Positions 55,601-64,000 of a stretch of DNA of 64,000 nucleotides are shown one piece after another. Within the stretch, counting starts at the first letter, position 1. The number at the start of each line of letters is the position of its first letter. The notes below the pieces were generated by a model, which was not told where the DNA came from, searched no databases, and worked only from the letters and a program-made list of their open reading frames with translations. The position numbers and the translations under genes were made by a program. The DNA comes from Chloropicon primus (taxonomy: Eukaryota): assembly GCA_023205875.1 (NCBI GenBank), contig CP060769.1, positions 124,001 to 188,000 on the forward strand, given 5' to 3'.

Positions 55601-58600
55601 GACAAGGACGGCAACAAGCACGAGGCCATCAAGGACTACAAGTTCCTTGCCGCGGACGGTGTCGAGATGCCTCTCGAGGAGGGCTGCAGCGGCTACATCA
55701 CCATGAACCCGGGGTACATCGGGCGTGCCGAGCTCCCAGAGTCCCTCAAGGTGCTCTTCAGACCAATCACTGTCGTTGTCCCTGACCGTCAGCTGATTAT
55801 GGAGAACATGCTCATGGCCGAAGGGTTCACCGAGGCGGACATTCTTGCGAAGAAGTTCGCGAGTCTCTACTACCTCTTGGAAGATCTCCTGAGTCCCCAG
55901 AAGCACTACGATTGGGGTCTCCGTGCCATCAAGTCCGTCCTCGTCGTTGCGGGAACTCTGCTTCGTTCCGTGGAGGGCCAGGCCGAGTCCGATGTCCTCT
56001 TCCGTGCTCTTCGTGACTTCAACGTCCCAAAGATTTTGGACAGCGACATGCCTATCTTCATGGGGCTCCTGAAGGATCTCTTCCCTGGAGTTGACCCACC
56101 GAGGGCCCAGGACCACAACTTCGAGGAGGTGATCAAGACCGTCGCGGAGGAGAATGGCCTCATCTGCGACGACGAGTTCCAGCTCCGCGTGGTTCAGCTC
56201 TCCGAGCTCATGGCCATCAGGCACTGCATTTTCTTGATGGGACCATCCGGCGTGGGAAGGACCGAGTGTTACAGGACGCTGGCCAAGTCTCTCGAGAGGG
56301 GCTGCGATTCTCCCGCGAACACCTACCTGACGGTCAACAACAGGAAGAAGGTTCAGATCTCCGACTTGAACCCCAAGGCCGTTTCCACCACCGAGCTCTA
56401 TGGTTACATCGAGCTCGCGACCAGGGAATGGAAGGACGGAATCCTCAGTAACACTATGAGAGACGTTGCCAACTCCCAGGACGACGATCCAAAGTGGATC
56501 ATCTTGGACGGTGACCTCGACGCCAACTGGATCGAGTCCATGAACAGTGTGATGGACGACAACAGGCTCCTGACTCTGCCATCCAACGAGAGGATTAGGG
56601 TCGAGGCCCACACCAAGCTTGTCTTTGAGATCCGTAACCTGAAGTTCGCCACCCCCGCCACCGCGACGAGGGCGGGAATTCTTTACATATCCGAGAGCAC
56701 CCAGTGGGAGAACATGGTGGGCAGCTGGATGAACAGGGTTGTTCCGCAGTACGCCAAGGACGCCAAGTGGGCCGACCCATCTCAGCCCGTGACGTGGATG
56801 AAGGATCTGTTCTCCAAGTACGTCCCAGCGACCCTTGAAGCCGTGAGGAAGAACTTCTCCTACATCACCCCCTTGCCAAAGATGAACCTCGTGTCCACCT
56901 TGACCAACATTCTCGAGGGCCTGATCACCGCGGAGAACCTTTCCAACAAGAGCGAGCAGGTTCATTTCGAGCAGTACTTTTACTTTGCTATGATCTGGGC
57001 CTTCGGAGGAGCCCTGTCCCAGAAGGACGGCATCGACTACCGCAAGAAGTTCGACAAGTGGTTCAAGCAGACTTGGACTTCGGTCAAGCTGCCAGGAAAG
57101 GGCTCCATCTACGATTTCACGATCGACCCAAAGCAGCAGAAGTTCAAGCAGTGGGACTCCACCTCCACCGTTGACTTTGATTCCAAGACGATGAACATGG
57201 CGAGTGTGTTCATCCCTACCGTAGAGACCTCGAGTCTGATCTTCTTCATGGATATGATGCTTGGTGCCAAGAAGCCCATCATGTTCGTCGGTCCAGCGGG
57301 CTCCGGAAAGACTCAGGTGGTGAAGGGAAGATTGAGTGCCATGAACTCCGACGAGATGCTCTACCAGACCATCAACTTCAACTACTTCACGGACGTCATC
57401 ACCTTCCAGAAGACCCTCGAGTCGACCTTGGAGAAGAAGGCCGGCATCAACTACGCTCCTCCGGGAACCAAGGGGCTCGTGTACTTCATTGACGACATGA
57501 ACATGCCAAAGCTCGATAAGTACGACACCGCGATGCCACTTTCGTTGATCAGGCAGCACCTTGGCTGGGGACATTGGTTCGACAGGCAGAAGCTGACCTA
57601 CAAGAACATCAACAACACCCAGTATGTTGCTTGCATGAACCCCACGGCTGGCTCCTTCGTCATCAACCCAAGGCTGCAGAGGCTCTTCATGACTCTCGCG
57701 GTCGAGTTCCCTTGCCAGGAGAGTCTCATGAAGATCTTCGGCACCTTCTTCCAGTCTCACCTGACCAAGAACGGGTTCAGCGAGGAGTGCGACCAGATGG
57801 GCACGAAGATCATCCAGGCCGCGCTTACCTTGCACAACAAGGTCTGCTCGTCGTTCAGGAAGACTGCTGTCAACTTCCACTACGAGTTCAACGTTAGGCA
57901 CTTGACCAACCTCTTCCAGGGCCTGCTCCTTTCCGCCCCGGAGAACTTCGGCAGCGCCCAGAAGCTCTGCAAGCTCTGGCTCCACGAGTCCGAGAGGGTC
58001 TACGCCGACAGGCTGGTGGACGCTCAGCACTTGCAGGCTTACAACAAGCACGCCGAGGCCGTTGCAAAGAAGTTCTTGGCCATCGATGACATTGGTGAGT
58101 ATTACAAGGCCAAGGATGCCAAGCCCCTTCTGTTCTCGGGTCTTGGCTCCAGCGGCGGATACGACGAGATCAAGTCCTTGCAGGCCTTGAACACGACCCT
58201 TGTTGCGGCTCTCAACGAGTACAACGAGACCAACGCCGTGATGGACTTGGTGCTCTTCGAGGATGCCATGAAGCACGTGTGCAGAATTGGAAGAATCATC
58301 ACCAACCCCGGCGGGCACGCCCTGCTCGTCGGCGTCGGGGGAAGCGGCAAGCAGTCCCTGTCGAAGCTCGCCGCCCACCTCTGCGGCTACGATGTCGCGA
58401 GGATCGTGATCAGCGGGAACTATGGAATCAATAACCTGAAGGAGGACTTGCAGGTCATGTACAAGAAGGCCGGCTTGCAGGACTGCGGCATGATTTTCCT
58501 CTTGCAGGACAGTCAGATCACGGACGAGAAGTTCATGGTCCTGATCAACGACTTGCTTGCCTCTGGCGAGATTCCGGGCTTGTTCCCCCAGGAGGACAAG

Positions 58601-61600
58601 GATGAGATCATCAACTCCATCAGGATGCAGGTGAAGGCCGCCGGCATCGTTGACACTTCGGACAACTGCTGGGACTTCTTCATCGACAAGGTCAGGACCA
58701 ACTTGCACGTCGTGTTCACCGCCAGTCCGGTGGGCGATGACCTGAGAATCCGCAGCCAGAGATTCTTGGCCCTGATCAACAACACCGTGATCGATTGGTT
58801 CCAGCCATGGCCCGAGCGGTCGTTGCTTGACGTGGCCAAGAAGTTCATGCAAGACGTGGAGATGGTGGAGAACGAGGACGATGCCACCAACGAGAAGATC
58901 AGGCAGGCCATCGTCGAGTTCATGCCTTACTCCTTCGCCCTGGTCGGAAAGACGTCCCAGGAATACTTGGCCCACGAGAAGCAGCATGTGCACACAACCC
59001 CAAAGTCATTCCTTGAGCTGATCAAGCTCTACAAGAGTTTGCTTGCCCAGAAGAGGAAGAAGAGCAAGGAGGACATCGAGAGGCTGGAGAATGGTGTCAA
59101 CAAGATCGAGACCACGTCCAGCATTGTGGACATCCTCGTGGAGGAGGCGAACGCCAAAGCCATCGAGGTGGAAGAGAAGGTGGTGAGCTCTGACGCTTTC
59201 GCGGAGAAGGTTGGAATCGAGAAGGTCAAGGCCAACGAGGAGAATGAGGCCGCCCAGATCGAGGAAGAGAAGTGCGCCATCATTGCCAAGGAGGTCATGG
59301 AGAAGCAGGCGAGTTGCGAGGCCGACCTTGCCGCGGCGGAGCCCCTGGTGGCTCAGGCCGAGGCCGCTCTGGACACCCTGAACAAGAAGGATCTGGGAGA
59401 GCTCAAGAACCTCAAGAAGCCCCCTGCTGGCGTCGACGACGTCACCGCTGTGGTCCTCATCTTGCTGCAGAACAACCCCAAGGACAAGTCCTGGGGTGCT
59501 GCCCAGATCATGATGAAGAACGTGGACAAGTTCATTGACCAGCTCAAGAACTTCAAGCCTCTCATCGATGAGGGAAAGGTCGCGAAGAAGAACGTTGAGG
59601 CGTGCCGCCCATACGTTCAGCTCCCTCACTTCAACAAGGAAGTCATGGGCAACAAGTCCAAGGCCGCGGCAGGCTTGTGCGAGTTCGTCATCAACATCAT
59701 TATGTACTACGACGTGGTCTCCATGGTCGAGCCAAAGAGGCAGGAGCTCGCGGAGGCGAACGCCAAGCTCGAGGCAGCGAACACCAAGCTGAAGGACGTG
59801 AGGGAGAAGGTCAAGTCCTTGAACGAGATGGTCGAGGACCTCGAGAATCAGTTCAACAAGGCTATCGAGGACAAGGAAGCTGCGATCCTGGAATCCGAGC
59901 GATGCAAGACGAAGCTTGCGTTGGCCAACAGGCTCATCAACGCCTTGGCTGCATCTGCTGCCCTGTGGAAGGAGACCGTCGCGACGATGAAGGTCGAGTA
60001 CGACGTGCTCGTTGGAGACATGCTCTTCTTCTCCGCGTTCTGCTCTTACGCTGGCCCTTTCACCTCCAAGTACAGGCAGGACTTGATCAACGACTGGCAC
60101 CAGTTCATCGACTCCAAGGGAATTCCAATGACTCCAGGTCTCCAGGACCCTCTCAAGGTCATGATCGATGCTGCCACGGTGGCCTCGTGGGTCAGCGAGG
60201 GACTTCCAAGCGACCCCACCAGCGTCCAGAACGGTGCGATCTTGACCAACTCGGAGAGGTGGAGCCTCATGCTGGACCCTCAGCTCCAGGGTATCGCCTG
60301 GATCAAGGGCAGGGAGGCCAAGAACGACTTGCAGGTCACGAGGCTCAGCAACCCCAAGATCATCTCGACCCTCGAGTTCGCGATTGAGAACGGCCAGAGC
60401 GTGCTGATCGAGAACATTGAGGAGACCTTGGACGCCGTGCTCACTCCAGTGATCACTCGCGCCTACATCAAAAAGGGAAGGAACGTGTACGTCAAGCTCG
60501 GGGACAAGGAGCTTGAGATCCACAAGAACTTCAGGTTGTTCATTCACACCAAGCTCTCCAACCCTCACTACCCTCCTGAGATCCAGGCTGAGACTACTCT
60601 GATCAACTTCACCGTGACGGAGAAGGGTCTCGAGGACCAGTTGCTCGCTCTGGTTGTGAACAAGGAGAAGCCGGAGCTAGAGGAGACCAAGGCTGAGCTC
60701 ATCGCGCAGAACAACGAGTACACGATCAAGCTGAAGGACTTGGAGTCCGGCTTGCTGCAGAAGCTGGCAGAAGCCGAGGGCGACATCACGGAGGACATCG
60801 AGCTCATCGAGTCCCTGGAGGACACCAAGCGAGTGTCCGACGAGATCAAGGCCAAGGTCGAGGAGGCGGTCACCACGGAGGAGAAGATCAACACCGCGAG
60901 AGAGAAGTACAGGAACGTGGCGAGCAGAGGTGCTATGCTCTTCTTCATTCTCAACTCGCTGAACAAGATCCACTCTTTCTACCAGTTCTCCCTGAACGCC
61001 TTTGTCGTTGTCTTCATCCGAGGCATTGACAACTCGAACGTCCAGCCAAAGTCTGGCTTCCTGCGCAAGATGTCCTTCCAGGCCGTCGTCAAGAAGGCGA
61101 CCAAGAAGTTCAACTGGAACGGCGACTTGCTGAGAAGCCTTGTGCCTAGCGCCAAGAACAAGTCCAAGAAGAAGGCTCCGACGCCTGAGCTGAGTCCAGA
61201 GCAGCTCGCAGCGAGGCTGAAGAAGCTGATCGACACGATCACCTTCACCGTCTTCGAGTACACCAGGCGTGGACTCTTTGACAGGGACAAGTTGACCGTC
61301 AGCACGCTCCTTGCCCTGACCATCGCTCTCAAGAGCGGAGAGATCACCATGGACGAGTACGTCACTCTGTGCCAGAGCAAGAAGACCGGGTCGGTGCCTC
61401 CGATCACGGACGAGCTGAGCATGTGGATGAGCGACTCTCAGTGGTCCGTCGTGGAGCCCCTGAGCAAGATTCCGGCCTTTGCTAACTTCGCCAAGGACAT
61501 GGAGAAGAACAGCGACGAGTGGAAGGACTGGTGCTCCCTGGACCAGCCGGAGAGCGTCACGATGCCGGGAGACTGGGGCCACAAGCTCGGGGACTTCCAG

Positions 61601-63598
61601 AAGCTGCTGATCATCAAGGCCTTGAAGGCGGACAGGTTGACCAACGCCTTGTCCAAGTTCGTCGAGAAATCGATGGGCAAGGAGTACATCAACCAGGAGC
61701 CGTTCGACGCGAACAAGATGATGCAGGAGACGTCCCAGTCCACCCCCGTGTTCTTCACCCTGTTCTCGGGTTACTCCCCGAGCAAGGAGATCGAAGCGAT
61801 CGCGGAGGTTTATGGCAACACCCTTGAGAACGGCAAGCTGACCATCATTTCCATGGGACAAGGACAGGAGGGCCCCGCCGAGGCCATCCTCGACAAGTAC
61901 ATGGAGGAGGGTGGCTGGGTCTTCCTGGACAACGTCCACTTGATGAAGGGCTGGCTCCCTGTCTTGGAGAGGAAGCTCGAGGTGGCTGCCGAGTCGGGTC
62001 ACATGGACTTCAGGTGCTTCCTGTCGGCAGAGCCGATTGCCGGGAACCCCCACGCCAAGATCGTCCCAGAGTCGATCCTTCAGGGTTGCATCAAGGTCTC
62101 CAACGAGCCTCCTAGCGACATGAAGTCCAACTTGAGGCGCGCCTTCGGGGCGTTCGACCAGGAGCTCTTCGACAAGTTAGAGGAGCCAAAGAAGCAGACT
62201 GCTTTCAAGTCGATCCTCTTTGGACTTTGCTTCTACCACTCCCTCCTCCTTGGACGTAAGAAGTTTGGAGTTGGAATCGGAACGGGCACGGGCTCTGGAA
62301 TGGGCTTCTGCAGGGGCTACAGCTTCAACATGAGTGATTTGACCACCTGCGCCGACGTGCTTTACAACTACATCACCGCCAACCAGGAGGTGCCTTGGGA
62401 TGACTTGAGGTACATGTTCGGAGAGGTGTTCTATGGCGGCTGGATCACGGACGCCATGGACAGGAGGTGCTGCGTTACTTACTTGGAGGTCTTGTTCAGG
62501 CCCGAGCTGCTTCCTGACGGCAACTCCTCGCCCAACATGGAGTTGGCCCCAGGCTTCAGGGCCCCGTACCCAACCGATTACGCGTCCCTCAAGAACTACA
62601 TCGAGACGGCCTTGCCCGCGGAGTCGCCTGTGATGTACGGGCTCCACCCCAACGCCGAGATCAGTCTGTTGACCGCGGAGAGGGAGATCCTCTTCAACAC
62701 GATCTCCGAGGTCAGCGGCAACACTGACGCCGGTGGAAGCGGGTCCAAGGGCTCGGACGTCGTCCAGAGGGACCTCGAGAGGTTCATGCAGATGCTTCCA
62801 GAGTCCCTCGACATGATTGACATCGAGAGCCGCGTCAAGTCAAAGACGCCTTACGTCATCTGCGCATTGCAGGAGGCCACGAGGCTGAACAACCTCTTCG
62901 CGGTGATGAGGAAGAGCATGGAGGAGCTCCAGCTCGGTCTGGAGGGCGCCCTCAACATGAGCGCCGCCATGGAGGCCTTGGCCGCTGGCATCGCCAGCAA
63001 CTCTGTCCCCGCTCTTTGGATGTCTCACGTGTCCACCAGAGTCCAGGAGGTCTACTCCCTGAGCGCGTGGTACGCCGACATCCTGAAGAGGGAGGAGCAG
63101 CTCAAGATCTGGACCAAGGGCGACCTTTCCCTGCCCACGAGCGTGTGGCTGCCCGGCCTCTTCAACCCAAAGGCCTTTGTCACTGCCGTGATGCAGACGT
63201 ACGCCAGGACCAACAAGCTTCCCTTGGATGTGATGAAGTTCATGACCGACGTCACCACCAAGGTCGATCCCTCTCAGATCCCAGAGGCCCCAAGCGAGGG
63301 AGCCTACGTGCACGGACTGTGCATCGAGGGCGCGAGGTGGGACAAGGCCAGCGGCTCCCTGAGGGACTCTATCCCCGGCGAGCTTCACACGCCCATGCCT
63401 GTGATCTGGATCAAGCCCGTGACTGCGGACAAGTTCACCTTGAAGAACTATTACGAGTGCCCAGTCTACACGAACATGCAGAGGGCGAACGTGTACTCCC
63501 CCATGGTGAGCACCTTCACCCTGCGCACCAAGGAGGCACCCTACAAGTGGGTGTTGGGCTCCGTGGCCTTGCTCCTTCAGGACGACCTCTCCGCCTGA
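49688..63598 (+). CDS. ODA11: Axonemal outer-arm dynein alpha heavy chain; exons 49688-49690, 49990-50110, 50190-63598
   Basis: Spliced N-terminus M|SVTWE...PRSGHTFT...LFGGFGRKN|G. Kelch repeats plus IPT/filamin-like Ig domains are characteristic of the alpha chain. P-loops are GPAGTGKT, GPSGVGRT, GPAGSGKT and GVGGSGKQ. The C-terminus WVLGSVALLLQDD is intact. Confidence 0.93.
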
Positions 63599-63692
63599 GG
63601 ATAGGATTACTGTGGATTCCCGGTTCGACTGCTACTAAAAACAGGGTTATATATTTTAATACAAATATGGTTTCTTTAAGAGAAAGGTCATC

Positions 63693-63890
63693 TTACACTT
63701 TTGTTTCCATGACGACGTCGTCCGCGTCGATACTCTCGTCGACGGCGTCGAGCTCTTGTCGTACATAGTCCGAAAGACGCGCCAGGCACGCCGCTACTTC
63801 AATGTTTTGTTGGGACTGCATGAATTTGATCACCTTCTCGTAAGCGTCCTGCATCCCTGCAAGGTACGCACGCTTCTGTTGCGACTGAGC
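63693..63890 (-). CDS. Last exon of a small helical protein, possibly HAPSTR1/TAPR1-like plant family (5' end outside window)
   Basis: CAG acceptor at 63891-63893, then AQSQQKRAYLAGMQDAYEKV..F...QQ......L.DYVRQELD. This resembles the plant QK..F.AG.R..LEKL..W....Y.Q.ELD pattern as I recall it. Confidence 0.5.
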   Translation of the reverse strand, partial: AQSQQKRAYLAGMQDAYEKVIKFMQSQQNIEVAACLARLSDYVRQELDAVDESIDADDVVMETKV

Positions 63891-64000
63891 CTGCGGAGCC
63901 CCCCCCCAAAAAAAGAGTTTGCAGTTATCGTCCAGGTGCGTGTTTCGTCCAAAACGAAGAGTAACCAATAGAGAATCACAGAAGAGAGATAGTGAAGCGA

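Noticed and set aside
56237..56263. Non-canonical dynein AAA2 P-loop (GPSGVGRT) as a sign of decay
   Set aside because: AAA2 is non-catalytic and variable in dyneins, and the rest of the gene is intact.
42858..62053. Very long antisense ORFs opposite FtsHi, WD40 and dynein (for example 54395-58993, 1532 aa)
   Set aside because: They are mirror frames of strongly biased coding sequence, with L/V/G-rich composition and no motifs.

Overview
This is gene-dense, GC-rich eukaryotic nuclear DNA with short GT-AG introns that often carry (CT)n tracts. Plastid-targeted genes (ClpS, Psb27-like, FtsHi) and an outer-arm dynein alpha chain point to a green microalga. The style suggests a Chloropicon-like picoalga, but that is my inference. 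About 26 protein-coding genes can be modelled, many only after splicing by hand. Housekeeping and signalling genes include RRP40, a pallidin-like protein, V-ATPase F, a GATA factor, a Kv channel, PP1 inhibitor-3, ClpS, two EF-hand proteins, a Psb27-like protein, ARIA-like ARM-BTB, an MHS-type MFS transporter, a GYF_2 protein, FtsHi, a WD40 protein and ODA11. The standout region is 6.6-20.7 kb. Five tandem, intron-free, mosaic acyltransferase-3 genes sit head-to-head with a ~1410-aa type-I surface protein gene. That protein has a Cys-containing head, an extensin-like stalk and four DUF5011-like Ig repeats, and its reading frame is broken at a C7 homopolymer. Other notable signals are a Kv channel with an AIP3/SRCIN1-like N-terminal module and a large Cys-rich turret, three unrelated 175-183 bp tandem duplications in divergent intergenic regions, telomere-like promoter motifs, and a spliced 77-aa microprotein missed by the ORF track. 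No rRNA, tRNA, CRISPR array or transposase was recognised. All family calls come from remembered motifs, not from database searches.
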